From: Bdellovibrionales bacterium
GTDB taxonomy: Bacteria; Bdellovibrionota; Bdellovibrionia; Bdellovibrionales; UBA1609
Length of the DNA: 64,000 nucleotides
NCBI GenBank assembly: GCA_965237565.1
Contig: OZ250145.1
Span: 443,529-507,528, forward strand
Direction of reading: 5' to 3'
A program made the position numbers and the translations under genes. Each line of letters begins with the position of its first letter. Position 1 is the first letter of the stretch. Of the stretch, positions 11,594 through 21,353 are shown piece after piece. The notes under the pieces were generated by a model. That model was not told the DNA's origin and ran no database searches. It saw only the letters and a program-made list of their open reading frames with translations.

Positions 11594-12190
11594 TTGGATT
11601 TTGCTGAGAGAGCTTCTCAAGCTTGTGCAGAAAAAAATGCTTGGTTTGACGAATATTTATTCAAAAGAAGCAAAGAGCATAAAAAAATTTTCTATGCAAA
11701 AAAATTAGCAGAACGCTATTTTGTGAAACAAAAAAAATACCAAAAAGCTCTACCGAGTTATTTTTTTCTAAAAAATAAGGCTCGTAAACCTGAAGAAAAA
11801 GCATTCTATTCTCTTCGAATTGCGACCATTTTCTTTGAGTTAGGGTTTTGGAAGCAAAGTTTGATAGAAATCAAAAACCAGTTACAAATTCCCTTTTTAA
11901 ACTCAGAAAGAAAAATGGATTTTTTGTTTCTCAAATCTCGTGTCCTTTTAATGCAAGCAGAATATGATTTGGCTGAAAAAATATTTTACCAAATAAAGAA
12001 ACAAGACCCTTCATATTTTGCACAACACAAAATATTTTTGTATCTTTCTCTCATTCATGAATCGCAAAAAAATTTTCACCAAGCCATCATGGAGTTAGAG
12101 CTTTTTAAAGACAGCTCTAGTTTTTTACTTGAAAAAATTGGCAGGTTAAAGTTGAGACAAAAAAATCAACCGGGGATCATCTCATTTTGA
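11594..12190 (+). CDS. TPR-like helical repeat protein; likely longer at the N-terminus (possible lipoprotein)
   Basis: 198-aa ORF from TTG with helical-repeat character (YQKALPSYFFL..., YDLAEKIFYQIKKQDPSY). The same frame is open from 11429 and encodes ...KKNNAIFLSFFFFAGC..., a signal peptide plus lipobox, but with no ATG/GTG/TTG start upstream. Confidence 0.5.
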   Translation: MDFAERASQACAEKNAWFDEYLFKRSKEHKKIFYAKKLAERYFVKQKKYQKALPSYFFLKNKARKPEEKAFYSLRIATIFFELGFWKQSLIEIKNQLQIPFLNSERKMDFLFLKSRVLLMQAEYDLAEKIFYQIKKQDPSYFAQHKIFLYLSLIHESQKNFHQAIMELELFKDSSSFLLEKIGRLKLRQKNQPGIISF

Positions 12191-12375
12191 AGAAGAAGGC
12201 TTTTTTACTAATTGGCATGGGGTTTGAGGCGGTGATCTTGTTGTGGATTTTTATTTATTTGGGCCAAATCTTGGATTCTCGCTTAGGTAGCAAGGGCTTG
12301 GCTGTATCGGGGTTTGTCATTTTGGCAATAACAATTTGGTTTTATCAATTATTCAAGTTATTTCAGAATAAGTAA
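12187..12375 (+). CDS. small two-TM AtpZ/AtpI-like protein preceding atpB
   Basis: 62-aa hydrophobic ORF (two predicted TM helices) immediately upstream of atpB, the usual position of atpI/atpZ. Assigned by position and size only. Confidence 0.5.
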   Translation: MKKKAFLLIGMGFEAVILLWIFIYLGQILDSRLGSKGLAVSGFVILAITIWFYQLFKLFQNK

Positions 12376-12398
12376 AAATTTTATTGGATCGAATGTAA

Positions 12399-13088
12399 AT
12401 GTCACATTTTTATTGGCTTGAGTTGCTTCCTTTTTTTGAGAACGAACATCTTCACATTGCTCATATACTTGTTGTGGCAATGATTGTAGTGGCTCTGACT
12501 TTTTTTGCGAGGCGAGCCTTGAAAAAGGCCCAAGACCCTCTCGTTCCGGATGATCGTTTCTCGGTCAAAGCTTTTATGGAAAATTTTGTTTCTATCATTT
12601 CCAGTTTATCCGATTTGGTTGTGGGTGCTGTTGGCAGGCCCTTTGTTCCCTTTTTTGCATCTATGTTTTTGTTTATTTGGTTCAATAATTTGTTGGGTCT
12701 TTTGCCGGGGATGGGAGCAGCGACCGGTGATCTCAATACTTCCTTAGCCCTCGGTGTATTTTCATTTTTTGTTTACAATATATATGGCTTTAAAGAGCAT
12801 GGATGGGCGTATTTAAAGCAACTTATGGGCCCAGTTTTGTTTTTGGCTCCTATGATGTTTCTCATCGAGATGATCTCTCATTTAGTCAGGCCTTTTAGTT
12901 TGGGGCTTAGACTTTATGGAAATATCATGGGGGACCACACTGTGTTTTCTATTTTTTTGGATCTAGTGCCCTTAGGAATTCCTGTCATTTTTTATTTTTT
13001 GGGCTTTTTTGTCAGCACGATGCAAGCCTTTATTTTTACCATTTTAAGCATGGTTTATATGAGTATTGCCTTGTCACATGAACATTGA
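12399..13088 (+). CDS. atpB: F0F1 ATP synthase subunit a
   Basis: 229 aa, polytopic. Conserved stator-arginine region VRPFSLGLRLYGNIMGDH. Confidence 0.9.
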   Translation: MSHFYWLELLPFFENEHLHIAHILVVAMIVVALTFFARRALKKAQDPLVPDDRFSVKAFMENFVSIISSLSDLVVGAVGRPFVPFFASMFLFIWFNNLLGLLPGMGAATGDLNTSLALGVFSFFVYNIYGFKEHGWAYLKQLMGPVLFLAPMMFLIEMISHLVRPFSLGLRLYGNIMGDHTVFSIFLDLVPLGIPVIFYFLGFFVSTMQAFIFTILSMVYMSIALSHEH

Positions 13089-13216
13089 TAAAAAATACGA
13101 CTCAGCCCACAAAAGCTTGCAAAGTTATGGGGCTTAATTACATTGCGAAAGTGATACCTAATAACTTCACAAAAAAAGAAAGGGGCAAAGCGGTGAAAAG
13201 TTTTTTAAATAAGAAA

Positions 13217-13537
13217 ATGTGGTCTATGATAGCTATTTTCCTAAGCTTTTTTCCAATGGAGTGGCTCTATGCTGCTGAATCAGCCATGGAGATGGAACAA
13301 CAGGGAACTGGGAAAAGTGGGCTCTACGCTTTGGCTGCAGGTTTGGCGATTGCAATTGCTGCCTTTGGGGGCGCCCTAGGGCAAGGCCGTGTGGGAGCGG
13401 CAACGATGGAGGGAATTGCACGAAATCCTCAAGCACAAAAAATTATGTTTATTCCTATGATCATTGTTTTGGCTTTGATTGAATCTTTTGTGATTTTTTC
13501 TTTTGCCGTAGCGATGATTATTGCTGGAAAAATTTGA
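13217..13537 (+). CDS. atpE: F0F1 ATP synthase subunit c
   Basis: I take ATG 13217 within the 150-aa track ORF. The hairpin has helix 1 GGALGQGRVGAATMEGIARNP and helix 2 IVLALIESFVIF carrying the carboxylate. The N-terminal extension MWSMIAIFLSFFPMEWLYA is signal-like. Confidence 0.88.
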   Translation: MWSMIAIFLSFFPMEWLYAAESAMEMEQQGTGKSGLYALAAGLAIAIAAFGGALGQGRVGAATMEGIARNPQAQKIMFIPMIIVLALIESFVIFSFAVAMIIAGKI

Positions 13538-13670
13538 TTCTTCTATAAAAAGTTTTTTACTTTTTAAGAAATTTTTTTCAAAAGCTTCCATGGCTTTATC
13601 AAATTTTCTATCCTCAATGAGTAACCAGCCTTCAAAAAAATATACGTTATTCAAAGGAATATGTTTATTT

Positions 13671-15089
13671 TTAGCTTTGAGATCTTTTGTGCAAACTTTC
13701 TTTTTTGATTTCTAAAATCTGATAAAAGCTTTTTTGCAGAGAAAGTAATTCTTGCTTTGTTTTTGCTCCAAATCGTAGGGTGATTTCGTCTTGTGTGTTG
13801 GAAAGGCGAGCCAATCCCCAAGAGTGATTGGAAAGTCGCACACGCAATCCGTCGATAAGGCAACAATCGGCGTTCTTTTTTGTCCCATAATGGTGTTTTA
13901 ACTTTTGAAGATTCGCAAAAGCTTTTGTAGCTGGGGTGGAAAAACGTAATTCATTGGTATTGATTTCCGCTTTTTTTGGCAAACATTTTTCTGGACTAAG
14001 ATTTTTCTTTGAGAGAATTTCTAGCAATCGCAAAGATCCATAAATACTGTCATCAACAGGGAATTGATTCTTGTCTTGGAAGAAAAAATGCCCACTAAAC
14101 TCCCCTCCAAAAAGAGCCTTTGTTTCCAAAGTTTTTTGCCGAATCAAGCTGTGTCCCGATTTCCATATCAAAGTTCTTGCTCCTTTCTCTTTTAAGAATT
14201 CAAAAAACCAATCTGCACATTTTACGTCTGCAACAACGAGAGGATCTTTTTTTTTGCTTTGAGAGAAAATATCAGAAAGGAGCAGTGCCATTAGTTCATC
14301 TCCATGAAAAATCCGACCTGTTTTTCCTACCAAAACGAGGCGGTCCCCATCTCCGTCAAAAGCCAAACCGAAGGATAAATTATTTTTTGTAACATTTTCT
14401 TGTAAAGATTCTAGATTCTTTTCCAAGGAAGGATCTGGGGAATGATTGGGGAAACGGCCATCTGGCTTTTCATACATCCATGAAATTTTTAGATCGAAAG
14501 CTGAAAAGATTTTTTTTGCCAAAGGGCCACAGGCTCCATTTCCACAGTCAATTGCAAAGTTTTGGCTACTTCTTAAATGAGGGAATTGGCTCTTTGTGTA
14601 ATTCAAGTAGGTAGCACTTATATCTAGGGGTCTTACTCGGCCTGCTCGTTTTGTCGTTTTTGAAAATTTTTGTTTGGAAAGAAGGGTTTTTATTTCTAAA
14701 AGTTCTTGGTCACAAAGAGTTCTTTTTTGCAACATGAGCTTAAAGCCATTGTCAGCAGGAGGGTTGTGACTGGCTGTGATCATAATGGAAGCTTGAATTT
14801 TTGGTTCAAAAAAATAAGAGGCGAGAAAACAAGCAGGGCTAGGCACAATTCCCAAAAAATAAACTTCTGCTCCAGCATCAGCAAAGCTAGAACAAAGTTG
14901 TTTGGCAATCTCTGGACTGCTTTTACGACTGTCGTGAGCCAAGGCAATGTGCAAGGGATTGGGGACTTTTTCTTTCTCAGCAAAACGAAGAAAAGCCCAA
15001 GCAAGGGAATCGACAAAATCCAGATCAAAATCTTTTTTGTAGCATCCTCTCAAATCATTTTTTCTAAAAATTTTTTCATTAAATTTCAT
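13671..15089 (-). CDS. phosphomannomutase/phosphoglucomutase family enzyme
   Basis: 472 aa. Catalytic serine loop ITASHNPPADNGFK and metal loop FDGDGDRL. Confidence 0.9.
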   Translation of the reverse strand: MKFNEKIFRKNDLRGCYKKDFDLDFVDSLAWAFLRFAEKEKVPNPLHIALAHDSRKSSPEIAKQLCSSFADAGAEVYFLGIVPSPACFLASYFFEPKIQASIMITASHNPPADNGFKLMLQKRTLCDQELLEIKTLLSKQKFSKTTKRAGRVRPLDISATYLNYTKSQFPHLRSSQNFAIDCGNGACGPLAKKIFSAFDLKISWMYEKPDGRFPNHSPDPSLEKNLESLQENVTKNNLSFGLAFDGDGDRLVLVGKTGRIFHGDELMALLLSDIFSQSKKKDPLVVADVKCADWFFEFLKEKGARTLIWKSGHSLIRQKTLETKALFGGEFSGHFFFQDKNQFPVDDSIYGSLRLLEILSKKNLSPEKCLPKKAEINTNELRFSTPATKAFANLQKLKHHYGTKKNADCCLIDGLRVRLSNHSWGLARLSNTQDEITLRFGAKTKQELLSLQKSFYQILEIKKESLHKRSQS

Positions 15090-15119
15090 ATTTAAAAACT
15101 GTTTCTTTTGGTATGAAAA

Positions 15120-16046
15120 TCATGAAGGGATCTTTAGGGCCCACTTTAGAGCTTCTTTCATGGACTGACAATCTGCTTTGTTCTTTCCAAAAATATCTTT
15201 GGCTGTTCCGTGGCTCACGCTCGTTCTAACAAAAGGAAGCCCCAAACTCATTTGGCTACTTTTTGTTTTGTGAATCATTTTAAATGGAATCAATCCTTGG
15301 TCATGGTACAAACATATATAGGTAGAAAATTCTTTCCAGTTTTTTTTTAAAAAAGCCACATCTGGAATCAAAGGTCCCACCACTTTATTGGAAATTTTTT
15401 TCAGTTGTGAAAACAAAATTAGGTCTTCTTTTCCGATTAAGCCTTCCTCTCCAGCATGAGGGTTGAATCCCAAAATAGCTATTTTCTTTTTTCTTTGGCT
15501 GGAGGGCAAAAGAGTTTGAAAATTTTGGCAAAGATGGATGCACTTTTTTAAGGATTCAAACCCCCATTTCACTTGTTTCAAAGGAAGGTGTCCTGTCAGT
15601 AAAGCAACATTGAAAGAATTTCCAAGAAAAAACATAAAAACATGTTTCACATTACTTATTTTTTTTAACAGTTCTGTGTGTCCTCTCTCAAAAAATCCAT
15701 CCTTTTGCATTTGTGTCTTAGAAAGAGGCCCAGTAACCAATGATTGATTTTTTTGATGAAAGCAGTTGTTGGCTGACTCCACAACCCACTGAGTGGGACT
15801 CAGAGAAGAAGCCATATCGAGAAATATATTTTCTTTTTCTGGGATTTTGTTCAATTCTTTGAGATTCTTAACTCGAACTCTTTGAAAACGTCGGTCCACA
15901 ATGTTTAAAACCTCTTGTCGGCTTCCTGTCTTTCTCCAGAGAATAAATTGCACTCCATTTATGGGGCCCATATCATACAAAGCTTTTGCAGAAACTTCCA
16001 GTCCAATGCCGTCTATATCTCCGGTAGTGATATGGATTTTTTTCAT
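15120..16046 (-). CDS. pdxA: 4-hydroxythreonine-4-phosphate dehydrogenase
   Basis: 308 aa. ITTGDIDGIGLEV N-terminus, ILGFNPHAGEEG, YHDQGLIPFK, SVSHGTAKD. Follows SurA-like genes as in the surA-pdxA arrangement. Confidence 0.9.
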   Translation of the reverse strand: MKKIHITTGDIDGIGLEVSAKALYDMGPINGVQFILWRKTGSRQEVLNIVDRRFQRVRVKNLKELNKIPEKENIFLDMASSLSPTQWVVESANNCFHQKNQSLVTGPLSKTQMQKDGFFERGHTELLKKISNVKHVFMFFLGNSFNVALLTGHLPLKQVKWGFESLKKCIHLCQNFQTLLPSSQRKKKIAILGFNPHAGEEGLIGKEDLILFSQLKKISNKVVGPLIPDVAFLKKNWKEFSTYICLYHDQGLIPFKMIHKTKSSQMSLGLPFVRTSVSHGTAKDIFGKNKADCQSMKEALKWALKIPS

Positions 16047-16978
16047 TATGAATTAATTTGGATAAATGCTTGTTTTTCTCTTTTTTTCAACCAAGATTCC
16101 ATTTGTCTTTTAAAAAGATCTTTAAATAAAAGATTTAGGATTTTTCCCCTTCGCTTTTGATTTTTCAATGTAATGATAGGCGTTTTCCAATTGACTCTAA
16201 AGATGTGGTAGCCGGAAGGCAAAGTAACCAAAGAGGAATGCTGACTTACGGAAAGATTCTGGACAGCTTCCCTAATTTTTGGATTTACTGACGACAATTT
16301 CTTTTTCCCCAAAGATTTTTTTTTGGAACCTTTTACTTTGGCCGTGAATTGATCAAATGCGGCATGATCTTTTTCTAATTTTTTCAAAGTTTCTTGCGCT
16401 TCCTTCTCCCCTTCTGCATTGGGAGGAAAAAAAAGATAAGATAGCTCATACTCGAAAGAAGTAAAAAGAGGAGTCTCTCCCTTTTTGATAGCGTATTCAT
16501 TGAGATCCGTATCCGAGATTTTTATCTTGTTGATGATTTCTTTTTGAATCAATGCTTTTCGCAAAAGAGATTTTTTTAAAAATTTTTTGTAAGAAGAAAA
16601 TGTAAATCCATTTCTTACTAAAAAACGAGAGAAACCTCTTTGCGAAAGAAACCTTCTCTTTCTTTTTTGAACAATTTCTTGTTTAATCTGGGCATCATTG
16701 ATTTGAAAAGGTGTATTTAAACTAGCTGTGTCTAGGAGCTTTTCATAAATAAGATATTTTAGAAGAATGGAATCTTTTTTCTTCAAGTCTGATTCTTTAA
16801 ATAAAGGCAACAAGCTAGAATCCTTCATCATTCCTGATCGCATTCTTCTTTTTGTATTTTTTAGTTCAGATAGAGTGATCATATTTTCTTCCACAATGGC
16901 TAAAATTTTTTCGAGCAATTGTGCAGAAGAGAAAAAAGAAAACAAACAAAGAAAAATGAAACAAATTGCAAACTTCAT
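16046..16978 (-). CDS. SurA-like periplasmic chaperone / PpiC-type peptidyl-prolyl isomerase (paralogue 3 of 3)
   Basis: 310 aa. Signal peptide, then SurA-N-like helical region (ILAIVEENMITLSEL), then a parvulin-like C-terminus (SGYHIFRV). Confidence 0.65.
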   Translation of the reverse strand: MKFAICFIFLCLFSFFSSAQLLEKILAIVEENMITLSELKNTKRRMRSGMMKDSSLLPLFKESDLKKKDSILLKYLIYEKLLDTASLNTPFQINDAQIKQEIVQKRKRRFLSQRGFSRFLVRNGFTFSSYKKFLKKSLLRKALIQKEIINKIKISDTDLNEYAIKKGETPLFTSFEYELSYLFFPPNAEGEKEAQETLKKLEKDHAAFDQFTAKVKGSKKKSLGKKKLSSVNPKIREAVQNLSVSQHSSLVTLPSGYHIFRVNWKTPIITLKNQKRRGKILNLLFKDLFKRQMESWLKKREKQAFIQINS

Positions 16979-17916
16979 AACACCTTCACTTTTATTTTAT
17001 TCAGGGCTTCTTCGTTTTTAAAGATATGTATCTTTTTTCTCTGTTTGTCTAGCCAAGCCTTAAATAAGGCTCTTTGTTTTAGCATGTTTAGGATTTGGGC
17101 GATTCTCTCTTTAGCTTCGTCCCATTTTAATTTGGTCTTTTTTTGTTTATCCAAGACTTCAACAATGTGGTAGCCATGGACGCTGGATAAAATCGGACTT
17201 TTTTGACCCTTTCGTAGAAAGAAAGCTTGGTCAAATGTTTTGGAAGTTCCCTTTTTAATCCACTCTGGATTTTCCGACCCCCCAGTTTGAGAGAATTTTT
17301 TTGCGACGACCTTAAAATCTTTTCCTTGTTGTAACTCTTGCATTGCTTGATTTAAAAGATCTTTTTCTTTGTTAAAAATGTGACGAATAAAAATACGAGC
17401 GGGCCTTACAAAAGAATCTATATTTTCTTTATAATAGTTTTTCATCTCTTCTTCGCTTGGCTTTTCATGCTGAGAGGAGAGGTTTTGCGATACTTTTTGG
17501 CTCAATAAAAGAAGAAGGATGGATTTTTCCCATTCTTTTTGTTTCATTTGGTGTTTTAAGAGAACCATTTTAAAAATTTGTTCATTTGGATATTTTTTTT
17601 TGATCTCCAAAAGTTTGTGATCTAATTCTTGCTTGGGTACCGAAAGATTTTTCCTTTTGGCTTGTTGATAAATGAGTTCTTCTATCAAGAGATCTCCGAT
17701 AAGCAAGCTTTTGATTTTTTCTAAAGAGTCTTGTTTTTCTGCTTCTTCCTCCAATCTTAAAGATCTGATTTTTTGAACCAAGCGTTTGGCAAAATTTTTA
17801 CTTGTCCATTCCTTGGTTCCAATTTTTAAAACCACAAGGTCTTTTTGAAAAAAGTGACAAGCAGGGAATGCGAACAATAAAGAGAAGAATAACAGGCTGA
17901 GCTGAGCCCTTTTCAT
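16975..17916 (-). CDS. PpiC/parvulin-type peptidyl-prolyl isomerase, PrsA/PpiD-like (paralogue 2 of 3)
   Basis: 313 aa. Signal peptide; parvulin core ARIFIRHIF...FKVVAKKFS...SSVHGYHIVEVLDK. Confidence 0.7.
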   Translation of the reverse strand: MKRAQLSLLFFSLLFAFPACHFFQKDLVVLKIGTKEWTSKNFAKRLVQKIRSLRLEEEAEKQDSLEKIKSLLIGDLLIEELIYQQAKRKNLSVPKQELDHKLLEIKKKYPNEQIFKMVLLKHQMKQKEWEKSILLLLLSQKVSQNLSSQHEKPSEEEMKNYYKENIDSFVRPARIFIRHIFNKEKDLLNQAMQELQQGKDFKVVAKKFSQTGGSENPEWIKKGTSKTFDQAFFLRKGQKSPILSSVHGYHIVEVLDKQKKTKLKWDEAKERIAQILNMLKQRALFKAWLDKQRKKIHIFKNEEALNKIKVKVL

Positions 17917-18794
17917 TAGCGAATTTTATTTAATAACGCCGATTGTGTCTTGATGGTATAATTGTTTCTGATTTGGTTGAAATATTTATCAATCACTTGT
18001 GTTCTTTTTTGATCAAAATAGGCAACTTTTAGTTGCACTCGATTGGCTTCTTCAAAAGGAATTCTGCGGTTTAGTTTAACGATTTGGAATCCTGTAATCA
18101 TTCGAATGGGAGGAGAAATTCCCCCTTTTTTCATTCTCTTTAGGCGATTGTACACGGTTGGATAAATCATATTGCGAGAACGATTTATCTGTAACTGACC
18201 GTTTATCTGGTCATCAGAATAGTTTTTCACTAGTTGAGTAAAATTTTTCTGACTTTTCAAAACATCGGAGTAAATTCGATCAGCTCTTTTTTGGGCTTTT
18301 TTTATTTGGTTTGCGTTTGCTCCCTCAGGGATGCTGATCAGAATAAAATTCATATCAAATTCTGGATTTTTTCTATATATTTTACGTAAATTGGCACTCG
18401 ACACATCTCTTGTCATTCGATCCACTTTACTAATCTGTCCTTTTAATTGATTGTTCATTAGCATTTTATAAAGAGACTGCTCAAAACTCTCTTTTAACAT
18501 CGGATTGCTGAACATTGTTCTTATTTTTGGGCTTTGCACTAGTTTCGGATCGTTATACGCTTGTTCCACTCCTATCCGATAACGCAAATAATCTTTCCAA
18601 AATGCTTTCGCAGAAGGAGCATTGGGAGCGAGTTGTCTCACTTTATTGTACGTGTCTTGAAATTCCTCTAGGGTGATAGAAATTTTCACCGGCCCTTCTT
18701 GGCTCTTATAAGAAATAGTAGCTAAGATTTGTGCGCTTGCAGAAAAGGAAAAAAAAAGGATGCTAAAAAAAATTAGCTGAAAAAAAGAATTCAT
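17916..18794 (-). CDS. SurA/PpiC-like periplasmic chaperone (paralogue 1 of 3)
   Basis: 292 aa. Signal peptide; parvulin-like FILISIP...FTQLVKNYSDD...ITGFQIVKLNRR. Confidence 0.6.
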   Translation of the reverse strand: MNSFFQLIFFSILFFSFSASAQILATISYKSQEGPVKISITLEEFQDTYNKVRQLAPNAPSAKAFWKDYLRYRIGVEQAYNDPKLVQSPKIRTMFSNPMLKESFEQSLYKMLMNNQLKGQISKVDRMTRDVSSANLRKIYRKNPEFDMNFILISIPEGANANQIKKAQKRADRIYSDVLKSQKNFTQLVKNYSDDQINGQLQINRSRNMIYPTVYNRLKRMKKGGISPPIRMITGFQIVKLNRRIPFEEANRVQLKVAYFDQKRTQVIDKYFNQIRNNYTIKTQSALLNKIR

Positions 18795-18852
18795 GCTCTC
18801 CTGATTATATACTCACCTAGCATTTAAAGGCAAGAAAAGTAGATGAAAGTCT

Positions 18853-19818
18853 CTAAGTTTTGTTTTTTAGTTCCTCTATCAAAAGCGGGAGGAACTCAAA
18901 TAAGTCACTGACTACAGCATAATGGCACTTACTGAAAATAGGAGCGGAAGCATCACTGTTGATCGCAACGATTACTTTTGATTGGCTCATCCCTGCCAAG
19001 TGTTGGATGGCTCCTGAAATTCCGCAAGCGATATAAAGATCTGGTCGAACCGTTTTACCCGTTTGTCCAATTTGCATGCTATGGGGGCACCATCCGGCGT
19101 CTGTAACCGCTCTGGAAGCTCCTACGGCTCCGCCCAAAGTCTTGGCCAATTCTTTCAAAATGGAAAAATTCTTGGCTTCTTTTAGTCCCCTTCCTCCTGA
19201 AACAATGATTCTAGCTTCTTCGAGGTCTGGACTTTTTTGCCTTTCTTCCTTTTCATTGATTTGGTAAGAGGGGTTTTTTTTGGGAGCAAACGCAATTTTT
19301 TGTATCGAGGTTTCAACTTTGCTTGTTTTTTTTTGAGTGGTCGATGCTTGAAGCTGCATCAAAAAAATAGGAGGATTTGTTCCAAAGGAAAGTTGGACGG
19401 AAGCCTTGCATTTTCCGGCGTAAAGATTTTTTTCAACCAGCCAATGGTCTTCCTTTTTTGTTAAAGAAGAAATATCGCTTAAGAAATTTAGTTTTTTTTG
19501 CACAGCTACACGAGGAAGAAATTCTTGTTGAGAAAGAGAGAGAGGGCCCAAGATCAGGTCTGGCTTTTGCTCCTCAACGACAAAACCAAAAATTTGAGCC
19601 AAGCCTTTCGCGTCTAAGATTCTTAAAGAAGCTTCTTCATGATAGAAAATTGTTTCCACCCCTTCTTCTTTTAATCTTTCAAAAGCTTGGGGGATGTCAG
19701 GACAAAACACTTCCACTTTCCAATCTTGCTGGCGAGCAAAGAAAATAAGACCCAAGCTATTTGAGCTAGGAAGTTTGTTTTCCATAATATCTAGGGAAAC
19801 TAAAACCTTAATCGGCAT
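18853..19818 (-). CDS. etfA: electron transfer flavoprotein alpha subunit
   Basis: 321 aa. C-terminal FAD-binding region IIVSGGRGL...[11 protein letters not shown]...[29 protein letters not shown]. Confidence 0.9.
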   Translation of the reverse strand: MPIKVLVSLDIMENKLPSSNSLGLIFFARQQDWKVEVFCPDIPQAFERLKEEGVETIFYHEEASLRILDAKGLAQIFGFVVEEQKPDLILGPLSLSQQEFLPRVAVQKKLNFLSDISSLTKKEDHWLVEKNLYAGKCKASVQLSFGTNPPIFLMQLQASTTQKKTSKVETSIQKIAFAPKKNPSYQINEKEERQKSPDLEEARIIVSGGRGLKEAKNFSILKELAKTLGGAVGASRAVTDAGWCPHSMQIGQTGKTVRPDLYIACGISGAIQHLAGMSQSKVIVAINSDASAPIFSKCHYAVVSDLFEFLPLLIEELKNKT

Positions 19819-19820
19819 CT

Positions 19821-20606
19821 TTATAAAACCCTTTCTTTTTCTCTTAATAAACGAACCAACTCTTTGGCTTGATTTTCGGGCGAGCCTTCAATCTGGTGAG
19901 GCTTTAATTTTCTGTTCAGTTTTTCATAGGAGTGAAAGAAGATTTTACTCGTTACAGATTCAAGTCCTAAATCCTTTAGCTGTATTTTTTCTATTGTCTT
20001 TTTTTTGGCTTTCATAATGCCTGGCAAACTGGGAAAGCGAGCTTGATTGATTCCTTTTTCGACGGTTATAAGAGCGGGTAAAGAAAGGCAAAGTTCTTGT
20101 TTTGTGTTTGTGCTGAGAGTTCGTTGCAAAATCCACTCTCCCTCTTTGACCTCCTCCATTCGAGTTACGAAACCGACATGTAAGAGATCCAAATGTTCTG
20201 CCAACATGGGTCCTGTCGCACAGTGATTTTCATCCACACTCACTCGGCCCAGTAAGATCAGATCAAAAGCTTTTTGGGAGGCTTTTTGTTTGATAAAGGA
20301 AGAAAACGCCAAGGCTCTTAGAGATGGATCTACCCTTTGATCCGTTTCAATTAAGGAGGCCTGATCTGCACCCATGGCCAAAGCTGTCTTCAGAGCCTTT
20401 TCGACTCGTTTGGTTCCGACGCTAAGAAGATGAACCTCTCCTTGTCTTTTTTTTTCAACAATTCTTAAGGCTTCCTCTATAGCAAATTCATCATAGGGAT
20501 TGATGATCCAATCGAGATTTGATTCATCGATTCCTTCTTTTTGCTTTAAAAGCTCAATGTTGGCTCCCGTATCGGGAACTTGCCTCAAGCAAACACAGAT
20601 ATTCAT
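19821..20606 (-). CDS. etfB: electron transfer flavoprotein beta subunit
   Basis: 261 aa. [13 protein letters not shown]...[14 protein letters not shown]... is typical of EtfB. Translationally adjacent to etfA. Confidence 0.9.
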   Translation of the reverse strand: MNICVCLRQVPDTGANIELLKQKEGIDESNLDWIINPYDEFAIEEALRIVEKKRQGEVHLLSVGTKRVEKALKTALAMGADQASLIETDQRVDPSLRALAFSSFIKQKASQKAFDLILLGRVSVDENHCATGPMLAEHLDLLHVGFVTRMEEVKEGEWILQRTLSTNTKQELCLSLPALITVEKGINQARFPSLPGIMKAKKKTIEKIQLKDLGLESVTSKIFFHSYEKLNRKLKPHQIEGSPENQAKELVRLLREKERVL

Positions 20607-20625
20607 AGCAAAGACTCCTAACGAC

Positions 20626-20654
20626 TGGAAAAAAGGATCTACATTCTGTATAAT
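20626..20654 (+). promoter_or_regulatory. possible sigma-70 promoter for sdhCAB
   Basis: Perfect TATAAT hexamer at 20649-20654, 19 nt upstream of the sdhC ATG. Weak -35 (TGGAAA) 17 nt upstream. Confidence 0.3.
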
Positions 20655-20672
20655 TTAAATCATTAGTTATAA

Positions 20673-21353
20673 ATGGGATTTTCTGGAATGAAAAGTTTTT
20701 TCCTACTATCTTTGGCACAAAAATATCTCACCGCTCTAACAGGTTTGGGCTTAGCTCTTTTTTTGTTACTCCACATGCTTGGAAATATGTTCATTTTTTT
20801 GGGAGCAAAGGCTTACAATCTTTATGCTCACCAGCTGGAAACAGATTGGCTTGTTTTTTTTGAAATAGTTCTTTTGGCTTTTTTTCTCCTTCATATTGCT
20901 TTGGCTATTTTTTTAAGCATTCAAAATAAGCGGGCGAGACCTCAAGCCTATGCAAAAAATATTTCTGGTTTCAAAGGTACAGCTTGGTACCAAAAAACTC
21001 TTCTTATTCAAGGTGCTGTGATTTTCGTCTTTGTTGTTTTGCATCTCATAATATTTAAGTTCGGTACCCGTTATGAGGTTGTTTATGAGGGGCAAAAAGT
21101 TCGAGATCTTTTTCGTCTTGTTGTAGAAACTTTCCAAAATCCTCTCATTTTTACTTGGTATTTGACAGCTTTGCTTATCTTGTTTTTTCACCTCTTTCAT
21201 GGTTTGCAGTCTGCTTATTTATCCTTGGGATTCGATAGTTCTCGCTGGACTTCAAAACTAAAAATAATAAACTGGTGCTATGCCGGCTTTGTGATCGTGG
21301 GTTTTATTTCTCAACCCCTGTATATTTTCTTTTTCTTAAAGGAAATACCTTGA
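20673..21353 (+). CDS. sdhC: succinate dehydrogenase/fumarate reductase cytochrome b subunit (single large anchor)
   Basis: 226 aa with about 5 TM helices and conserved His residues ([23 protein letters not shown]). Directly precedes sdhA/sdhB, and no sdhD is present. Confidence 0.75.
   Translation: MGFSGMKSFFLLSLAQKYLTALTGLGLALFLLLHMLGNMFIFLGAKAYNLYAHQLETDWLVFFEIVLLAFFLLHIALAIFLSIQNKRARPQAYAKNISGFKGTAWYQKTLLIQGAVIFVFVVLHLIIFKFGTRYEVVYEGQKVRDLFRLVVETFQNPLIFTWYLTALLILFFHLFHGLQSAYLSLGFDSSRWTSKLKIINWCYAGFVIVGFISQPLYIFFFLKEIP

Noticed and set aside
13538-13654. Minus-strand ORF start MNNVYFFEGWLLIEDRKFDKAMEAFEKNFLKSKKLFIEE in the atpE/PGM convergent spacer, which reads like a TPR fragment.
   Set aside because: The ORF runs straight into atpE on the opposite strand and only ~39 codons are intergenic. 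It could be a gene remnant, but the evidence is too thin to call.
21275-21349. The track start of sdhA at 21275, giving a 662-aa protein that overlaps sdhC by 79 nt.
   Set aside because: The extension is an out-of-frame reading of the sdhC C-terminal TM region. TTG 21350, which overlaps the sdhC stop as TTGA, fits the SdhA N-terminus ([11 protein letters not shown]...).
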